A stretch of 64,000 bases of DNA, taken from sequence record PX393110.1. The stretch is one strand, 5' to 3'. Position 1 is the stretch's first letter. The number at the start of each line of letters is the position of its first letter. Below are positions 1 through 8,776 of the stretch, one piece after another. Both the position numbers and the translations under genes were made by a program. This DNA comes from a phage. The notes beneath the pieces were generated by a model, which saw only the letters and a list, made by a program, of their open reading frames with translations, ran no database searches and was not told the origin of the DNA.

Positions 1-231
1 ATTATCTGTACGGCATTCATAACCACCATTCTCTACAGCGGTATGCAGGATCTTGGTTCTGTCCATTAATTTAAAAGCCATCAGTGAACCTATAGATTCC
101 GATTTCAGATTTATCCTGGTCAGATAAGTGACCCTGACGGTACATAACCAATCCATCACGAGTCCGGATTATGTCATCTGGGCAGATAGGCTTTAGCCTA
201 CTCATGACCATCAATGCTCTTACCCATTCCA

Positions 232-504
232 TTAGCGGACCTTAGTTAAGTTGCCTCCGCTCACGTAAGGATGTTGCGAGCGGTAGACTGTTGAACTGAA
301 TTCCTGGGTAATAGACTTACACCCACTTCTATACCCAGGATCGTCAGGACTGCGAGGAGTATTCATGGCGGAGCCTTCCCGAATCATCTTCAGGAAGCGC
401 TCCTCCTGCTCCTTAGTTTCAAAGAGCTTATATCCCATAATTACCTCAGAAGGAAATATGGACGTCGACAGGATGCTTCGTAGCAGGAGTAGACTGCTCC
501 ACAT
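232..504 (-). CDS. hypothetical protein
   Basis: 90 aa ORF in the minus-strand gene tiling; true start probably internal (MGYKLF...); no recognisable motif. Confidence 0.3.
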   Translation of the reverse strand: MWSSLLLLRSILSTSIFPSEVIMGYKLFETKEQEERFLKMIREGSAMNTPRSPDDPGYRSGCKSITQEFSSTVYRSQHPYVSGGNLTKVR

Positions 505-754
505 CTGACAGTTTAGAGAACAGATCCTGGAGAGGGATGATCTCGCCTTCGACGAAGAGGTTATCCACGCTCTTGATTACTTTCGCCTTATCTTTATCCA
601 GCACGATAAACGTCGTGGAGATAAAGTAGTCATGGTAGCGAGTATTCGGATGGAGATCGATATTAGTGATCTCCGTCAGATTCTTGGACTGAGCCGCACG
701 CAGCAGGGCTCGGTGCTTAGACTTAATGATTACGGAAGGCATGGTTAGCTCCAC
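446..754 (-). CDS. hypothetical protein
   Basis: 102 aa ORF; true start probably internal (MPSVII...); no recognisable motif. Confidence 0.3.
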   Translation of the reverse strand: MELTMPSVIIKSKHRALLRAAQSKNLTEITNIDLHPNTRYHDYFISTTFIVLDKDKAKVIKSVDNLFVEGEIIPLQDLFSKLSDVEQSTPATKHPVDVHISF

Positions 755-1125
755 ATTAGATTTGTTGTTATCAGTGTATAGGTATGACTGATTGCAGCTA
801 AGGCAGTAAGCATCTTCGATAATTTGACCAGGAACTTAATTTGATCCACAGTCATATTCTCATGTTGCTCATCAAGAAGAGCTGAGGTCCTTAAGGACAG
901 ACCCAGCAGATCTATAGGTTGAGCAACTCGCTCCGCTAAGCTTCCGCATAGACCATCTTCGGTTTCCACCTGAATTAATTGGTCTACAATAGTGTTGTAG
1001 TGAATCGGGAGGAGGTCATCCTTGTTAATAGTGTCCCGTAACCCAACAAGACTCGTCGTTACGATCTTGACGTTATCTTCATCGACTACGTGACCACCAA
1101 CTACGGCTCTGAAGTATACAGACAT
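745..1125 (-). CDS. hypothetical protein
   Basis: 126 aa ORF in minus-strand tiling. Confidence 0.35.
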   Translation of the reverse strand: MSVYFRAVVGGHVVDEDNVKIVTTSLVGLRDTINKDDLLPIHYNTIVDQLIQVETEDGLCGSLAERVAQPIDLLGLSLRTSALLDEQHENMTVDQIKFLVKLSKMLTALAAISHTYTLITTNLMWS

Positions 1126-1134
1126 AGCGGCACC

Positions 1135-1446
1135 TTACTTATTCAGGTCGAGGAAGAAACGAGCACGATGGCTCAGAGAGTATAAATTGCACGGACGACC
1201 ACCCTCTTCCGAGGCAGTGGTCGTTTTGATCAACCAGCCATCCTTCTCCAACTTATTACATACATAATAGATGGACGTACGAGGGATTTGACCCAGTGAT
1301 GCTTTGCTATCAGCAAAGACAGTTAACTCGTTGATCGTGGCTCCCGAAGCGGTTCCGGAGATATACCACAGAATCATCGAGGAAGAATTAGACAGACGAT
1401 ACAGACGAGATATAAGGAACAGTTTAGCGATATCGATGTTTTTCAT
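1135..1446 (-). CDS. PadR-like winged-helix transcriptional regulator (putative)
   Basis: 103 aa; ...YYVCNKLEKDGWLI... resembles the PadR recognition helix/wing (YplLkrLEeeGli). Confidence 0.4.
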   Translation of the reverse strand: MKNIDIAKLFLISRLYRLSNSSSMILWYISGTASGATINELTVFADSKASLGQIPRTSIYYVCNKLEKDGWLIKTTTASEEGGRPCNLYSLSHRARFFLDLNK

Positions 1447-1477
1447 AATAACTCCTAACAGATTAGATTATACTATA

Positions 1478-1891
1478 TTAACGGAAAGATTCGTTCGCAG
1501 CTACGGTGCATAGGGATGGAAGGATCAGATCATTAGCGTCACTGAGATCTTCCTTAGTCGCACCAGTTTTCTCTACGGATAAAGTTGTAACTACTTCTAC
1601 CGGATCCAGATGAATCAGGGAGCGGATCACTGCTGGCTTACCATCAGACCCTATGCCATTAAACTGGACGATTGCTGACTTATGCCCATGATCCATAACA
1701 GGCAGGACCATCGCTTCTTTAGCAGAGTACAACACTTCAGCAAGACTGTACTCTGGGCACTCTTCAACATACGACTTAGCCAACAGTGCAGTAATGACAT
1801 CAGCTTCCATAGCAGAAGCTACACGAGGATCTTTACCAGCATGGGCTGTGACTGATGCCAGAATCAAAGAAGCAGCAATTAATTTCTTCAT
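1478..1891 (-). CDS. secreted/periplasmic protein with N-terminal signal peptide
   Basis: MKKLIAASLILASVTAHA-G: basic N-terminus, hydrophobic core, AxA-like cleavage site. Confidence 0.4.
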   Translation of the reverse strand: MKKLIAASLILASVTAHAGKDPRVASAMEADVITALLAKSYVEECPEYSLAEVLYSAKEAMVLPVMDHGHKSAIVQFNGIGSDGKPAVIRSLIHLDPVEVVTTLSVEKTGATKEDLSDANDLILPSLCTVAANESFR

Positions 1892-1903
1892 TTTATCACC
1901 AAG

Positions 1904-2182
1904 TTATGCAATACGAGTTACGGAAAGTTCGGTTTTAACGTCGCGTGTGTCAGCACGCATCGGTAGATACTCTATCTCCTGATAAGCAAGCTCCGGCTCC
2001 ATAAATTTGTACCACGTCTGGAATTGCTCTATCAGCTTACGAGCACTCGGAGCATTACCCTGGATGGTGAAGGAGTGGACACCATTGACCTGGACAGCAA
2101 GACGGTAGCGGAGCTTGTTCATGAGGATCCCCTTATTTTGCTTCTTTAGTGAAAGTCGGACGACGAACCGTGATTTCGCCAC
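1904..2182 (-). CDS. hypothetical protein
   Basis: 92 aa ORF; start likely internal (MNKLRY...). Confidence 0.3.
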   Translation of the reverse strand: MAKSRFVVRLSLKKQNKGILMNKLRYRLAVQVNGVHSFTIQGNAPSARKLIEQFQTWYKFMEPELAYQEIEYLPMRADTRDVKTELSVTRIA

Positions 2183-2519
2183 TCATATCAACCACGAACT
2201 GGGCAATACGGTGGCCATTCGAACCACCATCGTGGTGCTCGTAGCGGTAACCAACTTCGAACCATGCACCAGTCTTGTCATCCAGAGGGCCTCCGGAGAT
2301 ATGGATCCACATGGATTTGAACATCGGGATGTTCATCTGGCACATAACGTCCTCGGTAGAACCACTCACGTAAACCTGACCACGTACTTCGCGGACTTCT
2401 GGAGTAGCCACCAAATCGGACATATTGATCATTGATTCTACTTCTGCCAGCATGTTCTCGAAAGCAGTTTTAGCGTCGAACTTTTGAATGAATTCTTGGT
2501 TAGTCATAATTAGCTCCAA
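2133..2519 (-). CDS. hypothetical protein
   Basis: ORF preceded by the conserved leader AATTTGGAGCTAATTATG (strong Shine-Dalgarno). Confidence 0.35.
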   Translation of the reverse strand: MELIMTNQEFIQKFDAKTAFENMLAEVESMINMSDLVATPEVREVRGQVYVSGSTEDVMCQMNIPMFKSMWIHISGGPLDDKTGAWFEVGYRYEHHDGGSNGHRIAQFVVDMSGEITVRRPTFTKEAK

Positions 2520-2566
2520 ATTATAAAGGGGAAGAATTAGGAGGACCGAAGTCCTCCAGATTGGAA

Positions 2567-2851
2567 TCAGAACTGGACGTCTACTTCTTCGAAGATCGCT
2601 TCGAACAGACCATCCTCACACTTAGCCACCACTGCACCGGTACCTGGGTCCAGCATCTCGACTGTATCAGAACCATCGGAAGCGAAGTGACTTTCTTCAG
2701 GAAACACTTCTGGACCAGTGTAAGCTTTGAAACCGATGATCTTTTCACCAACCGCACTTACCCAGTTGGAATTGTAGTTTACTGAAACACCCATGTAGTC
2801 AGTTACCAGAGTGTCATTTGCCAGAGCAGCGAGCAGTTGAGCGATTTTCAT
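2567..2851 (-). CDS. hypothetical small protein
   Basis: start refined to MKIAQ (ATG at 2849-2851); class-2 conserved element lies upstream. Confidence 0.4.
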   Translation of the reverse strand: MKIAQLLAALANDTLVTDYMGVSVNYNSNWVSAVGEKIIGFKAYTGPEVFPEESHFASDGSDTVEMLDPGTGAVVAKCEDGLFEAIFEEVDVQF

Positions 2852-2897
2852 AGTTTTATCCCAAATTAGACGATTTGATGAACCGGGAAGCGCCTTG

Positions 2898-2975
2898 ACG
2901 CCCCCGCCCACAAGAACGGGCTTTAGGACGGTTCAAAAATCGTTTATTTGAAAAATAAAACGTTTTATTTTTCGT
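2898..2975 (-). promoter_or_regulatory. class-2 conserved intergenic element (GCCC-N8-GGGC hairpin plus AT-rich TCGTTTTATTTTT block), copy A
   Basis: near-identical elements at ~8005, ~11470, ~11855 and ~34268, each just upstream of a small minus-strand gene. Confidence 0.4.
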
Positions 2976-3315
2976 GTCGAACGATGGTATCAATACAGTC
3001 CATATCCATGATAACGAAGATTACAGACTCCCCATTATCTTCCACTACCTTAAGCACCTGCCATCCTTGCTCCATAAAGACTTCTCTCATAGCGGCAAGA
3101 TCTCGCACATGCTTAAGCTCGGTAACTGTAATCACTCTGGGACGAATGAACTTCTTCAGAGTTATCTCGTAAAGATAGGTCCCATGGCTATTGTAGAGAT
3201 TATCTACATTACAGGTATATAGGCCTAACTCCGGACCCCATCCCTGCGATAAGGTCTGGATGAGCTCATAACTAGGCCAATCCCATTTATGCTTACTACG
3301 ATGATACAGAATCAT
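2965..3315 (-). CDS. hypothetical protein
   Basis: 116 aa ORF. Confidence 0.35.
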   Translation of the reverse strand: MILYHRSKHKWDWPSYELIQTLSQGWGPELGLYTCNVDNLYNSHGTYLYEITLKKFIRPRVITVTELKHVRDLAAMREVFMEQGWQVLKVVEDNGESVIFVIMDMDCIDTIVRHEK

Positions 3316-3601
3316 TAGCTACCACCTTATGATAAAATCTTCCGGTAGTGTGGATTACAGTAGCTATGTACTTAGCGTCCACTTCAGTGCCTAGCAGATT
3401 AGATACCGCCTTAATTACAGTTGCTGCTGGGTGTTTATGGTTAATTACCACATCCAGCATCTTACGATCAGCAGATGGGAAGAACTTCTTATTCCGACGA
3501 GCAATATTCTTAACCACCATGTTGGGATCATCGGATGTATAACCAGCTATTGCCATGGTGGTCAATAAGTCGAAGAATTCGATGGGCTTAGTAGACTTCA
3601 T
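3296..3601 (-). CDS. hypothetical protein
   Basis: 101 aa ORF. Confidence 0.35.
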   Translation of the reverse strand: MKSTKPIEFFDLLTTMAIAGYTSDDPNMVVKNIARRNKKFFPSADRKMLDVVINHKHPAATVIKAVSNLLGTEVDAKYIATVIHTTGRFYHKVVANDSVSS

Positions 3602-3676
3602 ATCGTACCTTAACGAGTAAATAAAAATAGGCTGTTAACCGAGGGCGTTCCCCAAGTTAACAGCCTTTGGACCGTA

Positions 3677-4021
3677 TTAAACGGCGGCAGTCAGAAAGTT
3701 ACTGGAGATCAGGAAATCATCCAGAGCTACTTCTGTATTCTTAGGAGTATTGTCTAACTCCCACTCACCCACTCCCAGACGGATCTTAGCCACACCAGGA
3801 GCTATCTCTTCAATAGACAGCTTAGAGCCACCGATGATCTGGAGGCGAAGAGCATTTACAGCTACTGCATACCCAGAGAACGCAGTCTCTACCTGGTGAC
3901 GGAACTCCTGGTCTGAATTAACCTTAGCAGCGTAAGCAGCAGGTTCCATACCCAGTTGCTTAGCATACATCAGATGAAACATGTCCAGGTTAATCTTGTT
4001 ACCAGTAGTCTTCTTAGTCAT
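3677..4021 (-). CDS. hypothetical protein
   Basis: 114 aa ORF. Confidence 0.35.
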   Translation of the reverse strand: MTKKTTGNKINLDMFHLMYAKQLGMEPAAYAAKVNSDQEFRHQVETAFSGYAVAVNALRLQIIGGSKLSIEEIAPGVAKIRLGVGEWELDNTPKNTEVALDDFLISSNFLTAAV

Positions 4022-4538
4022 TTTCGATTTCCTCGGCAGTTACGCCAGTGATGTTTAAATACAGATCGGTCGGTAATTCTGGCAGGGTAGAGACATCCAG
4101 ATTCTCTACGTCCTTGGCCAGAGTTATGTGAGGAGAGTATTCCGCACTGATCTCAGACGGTACCTCCCCAGATGCACGGAGTCGATAGTTAAACGATTGT
4201 AGCAGATCGCTATCGAACGCCAGCACCAGGTAGTTAGCATTCTCACCGAAGATCTCATAGCGAGGATTCTTCAGATGAAGTTTGCTACCTACCAGATCAG
4301 CAATAGTTCCCTCATCCGGAGCACCAGTCCCCGGAGCATACATAAGGGTGCAGTGGTTATCGTGACCGGTATCGAAGTTAAGCTTATCATAATCAGCTAC
4401 TTCAGAGATAACCTGCTTAAGATTATCTATCCAGGCATCAGAGTCTGGACAGAATTTTACCGAGGAGTAACCCTCGTCCACGGACTGTACAAGTCCTAAC
4501 ACTACTTCAGCTTTATTCATTTTTATCACCATGGCCAT
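4014..4538 (-). CDS. 2H-family phosphoesterase (LigT / cyclic-nucleotide phosphodiesterase-like)
   Basis: two H-x-T-x motifs (GHDNHCTLMY and SPHITLAK) about 75 aa apart, the 2H superfamily hallmark. Confidence 0.45.
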   Translation of the reverse strand: MAMVIKMNKAEVVLGLVQSVDEGYSSVKFCPDSDAWIDNLKQVISEVADYDKLNFDTGHDNHCTLMYAPGTGAPDEGTIADLVGSKLHLKNPRYEIFGENANYLVLAFDSDLLQSFNYRLRASGEVPSEISAEYSPHITLAKDVENLDVSTLPELPTDLYLNITGVTAEEIEND

Positions 4539-4825
4539 GGTAGTTTATTTTCGGGCTCCTGCCTATAGTAGGAGCATTTGATACCCAACGATTCCACAAT
4601 ACTTACAGGAATCTTATCAGTTACTTCAGAGTCTTGATAGATTGGTCCGAATACTGATACGTTTGGATCTTGCAACAGTTCAGATATTAATCCAGCCTCT
4701 TCATAAGTCTCGAAGAATGCTGCGGTGGTATCTGGATTACAGCCGAGACCGGTCCATGAGGTGTAAAACTCGTTTACTCCACAGAGAGCACCGTGCTCCT
4801 TATGCACCACTAAAAATCCCAGCAT
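4526..4825 (-). CDS. hypothetical protein
   Basis: 99 aa ORF. Confidence 0.3.
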   Translation of the reverse strand: MLGFLVVHKEHGALCGVNEFYTSWTGLGCNPDTTAAFFETYEEAGLISELLQDPNVSVFGPIYQDSEVTDKIPVSIVESLGIKCSYYRQEPENKLPWPW

Positions 4826-5330
4826 CTGTGTATCCTTTAAGTTTATTTCTATACTTAACCATTTCCTGCTTAGCTATCTCATCACAGAGATTATTTACTT
4901 TGTAGCGAGGATTATTGAACTTCTGATGACCTTTGACATGCTTAACCTTAATGGACTTAGGGTTAAGATCGCGAAGCATTTCCATATGCTTATCTATGAA
5001 TTCCTTTAATGCCCATTCGCAATCGCATTGGACGACTACCCTAACACCATCGAATGCTGTCTTAGTCATGGCAAACCATAGGGTCTTCATGATCCCTTCT
5101 AGCTCTGCCCAGTTATTATCTACAGCAGTAAATCCTCCGCGAGTTATATGAGCTCGCTGCTCACCAGGAAGACGAATCCATCCTCCGAAACCAGCAGCCT
5201 TACTCTTATGACAGTACGATGCATCTGAGAAGATTGTTATATAGCCCGCAGGGTCCAGACCGCGTTCGGGAGTACCCTCGAAGTGGATAACTCTACCAAC
5301 ATCTTTCTCACCGATAGCATGTTTCTTCAT
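4800..5330 (-). CDS. ribonuclease HI-like
   Basis: RNase HI catalytic residues in order: IFSDAS (Asp), NWAELEG (Glu), QCDCEW (Asp), VKGHQKFNNPRYKVNNLCDEIA (His/Asp). Confidence 0.6.
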   Translation of the reverse strand: MKKHAIGEKDVGRVIHFEGTPERGLDPAGYITIFSDASYCHKSKAAGFGGWIRLPGEQRAHITRGGFTAVDNNWAELEGIMKTLWFAMTKTAFDGVRVVVQCDCEWALKEFIDKHMEMLRDLNPKSIKVKHVKGHQKFNNPRYKVNNLCDEIAKQEMVKYRNKLKGYTDAGIFSGA

Positions 5331-6898
5331 TACATATCCACCGTAGTTGCCTGGAACAGACCTACCACCATTTCGTGGGACGGCTTCACGACCGGACTAT
5401 CGAAGTCAATAGAGCTGTTGATGTTCTGGTTAACCATCATCAGGCTACGTACTTCCCAGCAAGCACGATCAGTCAGTACACGGTGAATTGCTGCGGTATC
5501 ACCATCCACGTCCATGTTCTGACCACCCATCGCCATCGGAGGAACCTGAATCTCCTTACCCATGTGAGGTCTGACCTTAAATCCCCATACTGAGTAACGG
5601 TGTAGGGATGGCGCACGGTTCATGAATACCGTAGCATTTTCACACAGTCTCCAGCATACTTCCAGAGCTACTCTGGACTTATTCTTGTACATACGCTGTA
5701 CTTTATTGCTGATGTCGTACATGTTGTACCCTTCGTTAGTCGGGCCACCATATAAGTTCTCCAGCTCACCCAGGATGTCTGGCTGAAGTAATTCGTACAT
5801 CATCTTGAACGGTACACCAAGAGTATCCAGAGGAAGATGCGGAGCCGAAGTAACTACAGAACGACCAGAGTAATCAACACGCTTACCTAACAGGTTACCA
5901 CGAATGCGACCACCCTTGCCTTTAAGGTTATTGATCATCGGCTTAATCAAATTACCGCGATAGTCCTTAGTACCTTCCAGGATTAGTCCGTTAACCATCT
6001 TCTGCATTACAATAGATTCACGAGGAATCAGAGATAACAATGCTTCGCTGGCTTCAGCAGTATCACGAATACTTCTGATACGGATTGCATGGCGCAGGAT
6101 TCGCAGGTAGAGTAAGTTAGTCGGATGATACGACATTACCCCATTACTGATACCGACATCACGGTAGCTCGGAGGATTCACCAGTACTGTAGTGTTATAG
6201 AAGTCGCTGAACTCCGTATAACCACTATTGACTACTGTAGGATCTTCACACTCTTCGATATAGGCTTTCATATCGGCGTGGTTAGCTACCAATGCCTGGA
6301 TAAGACTCAGGAGACCTAATTCCGATGACTCATGCTCGGACATACGACGGATCTTAATCATTACTACTGCGAGGCGCTTCGTGCTATCCTGAACTGGGAT
6401 AGTATTAGAGTAGAACATCGCATACTTCTCACGATCTTCATATTCCGGAAGAGCTGCATTAGACTCACGAACCCGCTCCCGATCATCACCAACCATCTTA
6501 GCTGCCAAACCAGCTTCCTGAACTACGAAGCGGTATCTACCGATAAGGAACTGACCGAACTCTCTCTCTGGAAACCCGAATAACGCAGCCATACGTTTGA
6601 TAGCTAATGGATTCACATAAGGAACGATCGTCTCGATGTGACCCATACGGCGGCGACGGGATTCACGATGCATCGCTACCATACCGCATACATTACACGG
6701 AGGAGCTCCCATAACCAGCTGGTTACCACACTCACACTTACCAGTTACCAGAGGTCCGAATATTCGCTGGCAGAATAGCCCACCAGTGAATGGCTTAGGA
6801 TCATGGAACTTAAGATTATACATGCCCATGTTGGTTACTTCACCACTGGACTCGGCACGGATTACAGCATCAGTTGCAATAGATAACTTTAATTTCAT
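5330..6898 (-). CDS. multisubunit RNA polymerase beta-prime subunit, N-terminal fragment
   Basis: Cys cluster then RRRRMGHIETIVPYVNP (cf. RFGHIELAAPVAHIWF); LLGKRVDYSGRSVVTSAP; NRAPSLHRYS; catalytic NMDVDGD (cf. NADFDGD). Confidence 0.75.
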   Translation of the reverse strand: MKLKLSIATDAVIRAESSGEVTNMGMYNLKFHDPKPFTGGLFCQRIFGPLVTGKCECGNQLVMGAPPCNVCGMVAMHRESRRRRMGHIETIVPYVNPLAIKRMAALFGFPEREFGQFLIGRYRFVVQEAGLAAKMVGDDRERVRESNAALPEYEDREKYAMFYSNTIPVQDSTKRLAVVMIKIRRMSEHESSELGLLSLIQALVANHADMKAYIEECEDPTVVNSGYTEFSDFYNTTVLVNPPSYRDVGISNGVMSYHPTNLLYLRILRHAIRIRSIRDTAEASEALLSLIPRESIVMQKMVNGLILEGTKDYRGNLIKPMINNLKGKGGRIRGNLLGKRVDYSGRSVVTSAPHLPLDTLGVPFKMMYELLQPDILGELENLYGGPTNEGYNMYDISNKVQRMYKNKSRVALEVCWRLCENATVFMNRAPSLHRYSVWGFKVRPHMGKEIQVPPMAMGGQNMDVDGDTAAIHRVLTDRACWEVRSLMMVNQNINSSIDFDSPVVKPSHEMVVGLFQATTVDM

Positions 6899-6913
6899 TT
6901 TAATTTCTCCTAA

Positions 6914-7633
6914 TCAAGGCTTAGCGACGACAGTATAGGCTTCACGAACGATTTCACGAGCTACTTTAGCCGCATGCTGAGTACCACAATACTGATGCAT
7001 GTATTTGAACTGCACAGGTTGCTGCTGGCGAAGATGATTGATATAGCGACGAAGAGTAGGATGGGTGACACTCTGGTCAGCACCACTCACTACCATCATA
7101 AACGCAAACATCTTCAAACTAGCTTCGCGTTTAGCAGGATATTTCTGCATGATGTAATCGATTACACCGTTCACCAGGAGCTTCAGATCACGAGAACGCG
7201 CTATGGGTGATTTCTGGTCTGGGCTAATGGAAGCAGGATCGATTAATTCCACACGACTTTCGCCATCATCGTCCGTTACGAGAGTAGACTCGTTAAAGGA
7301 CATTATGTGACGACGATCCATCGTTTCTTTATCTTCGTGACGAGTATCACCAGTTTTAGCCATATAACCAGTTGGGTTAACTACCCGAAGATACTCATGC
7401 GACACGATAGAGTCGGCAACGTATGGATTATTATTAACACGAGCAATGTTACGGTCTAGCGAACGTAAATCTCCTGAATCTAATGCGCTATCATAGAAGG
7501 ATAAGTCGATGTACTCGTCCCCAGTGTTAGCAATGTTGAATGTTTCATGGAACTTATAGTTAGCGGTCATTGGTCTATCCCAATTAGAGAATTCAAAGAG
7601 CGACCGCGAGGCCGCTCGGTTACCTGCTATCAA
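6914..7633 (-). CDS. hypothetical protein
   Basis: 239 aa ORF between the two beta-prime fragments. Confidence 0.4.
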   Translation of the reverse strand: MIAGNRAASRSLFEFSNWDRPMTANYKFHETFNIANTGDEYIDLSFYDSALDSGDLRSLDRNIARVNNNPYVADSIVSHEYLRVVNPTGYMAKTGDTRHEDKETMDRRHIMSFNESTLVTDDDGESRVELIDPASISPDQKSPIARSRDLKLLVNGVIDYIMQKYPAKREASLKMFAFMMVVSGADQSVTHPTLRRYINHLRQQQPVQFKYMHQYCGTQHAAKVAREIVREAYTVVAKP

Positions 7634-7968
7634 AGCGCGAAGTAATACCAGTCACCATAAACGCGAATCAGCACTTCCTGACTTTCTGCATCCACATTAG
7701 TGAAGTAGAAGCTACCAAATCCGAACTCCAGAGACTCACCAGTCTGCATGAGATCTGCCATTTCATCCATGAACTTATCGAAGTCCGGATCACGGTCCTG
7801 AACTACAGCGACTTCCACCTCCTTGGTGTACAATTCAGAACGACCAATATGAGGAGCAACCTGGCGGAACTCCATTACAGCACCACGAGCCAGATTTTCC
7901 TCAGCAGCATCCCGAACAGAGGCAGTATCGATTGTAGCGAAAGACTTAATTGCATTTAAACGTGACAT
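7630..7968 (-). CDS. hypothetical protein
   Basis: 112 aa; 4-nt stop/start overlap with upstream gene; conserved leader AATTTGGAGCTAATACTATG. Confidence 0.4.
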   Translation of the reverse strand: MSRLNAIKSFATIDTASVRDAAEENLARGAVMEFRQVAPHIGRSELYTKEVEVAVVQDRDPDFDKFMDEMADLMQTGESLEFGFGSFYFTNVDAESQEVLIRVYGDWYYFAL

Positions 7969-8004
7969 AGTATTAGCTCCAAATTAGATTATCCAGTGAA
8001 GCGC

Positions 8005-8075
8005 TACCGCGCCCCACCCAAAAGAACGGGCTTTATGAGCTCCCAAAAATCGGTTATTTGAAAAATAAATTTCAA
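8005..8075 (-). promoter_or_regulatory. class-2 conserved intergenic element, copy B
   Basis: CGCGCCCCACCCAAAAGAACGGGCTTTATGAGC...TCGGTTATTTGAAAAATAAA; same architecture as copy A. Confidence 0.4.
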
Positions 8076-8768
8076 TTATTTTTGGTTAGGAGGCATCTTG
8101 CGAGAACGACGATAGTTGATCATCGTACATGCACAGTTACGCTTATCCTGAGTCTCATAGATAATTGCGCTGGATAATTCCACATTAGACAATAGCAGAG
8201 TCATTACCCGACCTTGGGAAGACAGATCCTGGATGCGCTGCTTATTGATGCACTCTCTTACGGTTTCCTTAGAGTACAGCTTACGATCTCTACGTCCGCA
8301 AGTAATCACGTCTTCTATGGGGACCACCATATCCCCTAGTTCCTTGATTATGAAACGATCATCTGTTATGATAGTAGGGAACGACTTCAATAGTTCTTCC
8401 ACAATCCGTAGAATACCATTGCCCATTCCGTAATACCGCCGATTACTAATATCGTCAATAAGATTATGTCGATATTTTTCATTAATGTAGGTCTTGTGAG
8501 TAGCCAGCAGATAGTACAGTTGCATACCACCGAACCCTTCACATGCCAGATTTCTCCGGAGTACCGCCTTACTTCCTGCGATAGTGAAGTTTCTGATAGG
8601 ATACCAATCAGTAGTCCAAAAGTCGTCTATGTCGTCTATATGCGACTCTATTCCATTATACCAGACTGGTTGTAGGGCATCTGTACCTATGAATTTACGA
8701 CCCTCGTAGCATATACTGTCCCCTACCGTATGGATCAGCAGGGGATTATAGATCTTGCCCACATCCAT
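8076..8768 (-). CDS. hypothetical protein
   Basis: 230 aa ORF. Confidence 0.4.
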   Translation of the reverse strand: MDVGKIYNPLLIHTVGDSICYEGRKFIGTDALQPVWYNGIESHIDDIDDFWTTDWYPIRNFTIAGSKAVLRRNLACEGFGGMQLYYLLATHKTYINEKYRHNLIDDISNRRYYGMGNGILRIVEELLKSFPTIITDDRFIIKELGDMVVPIEDVITCGRRDRKLYSKETVRECINKQRIQDLSSQGRVMTLLLSNVELSSAIIYETQDKRNCACTMINYRRSRKMPPNQK

Positions 8769-8776
8769 CTCCCAAG

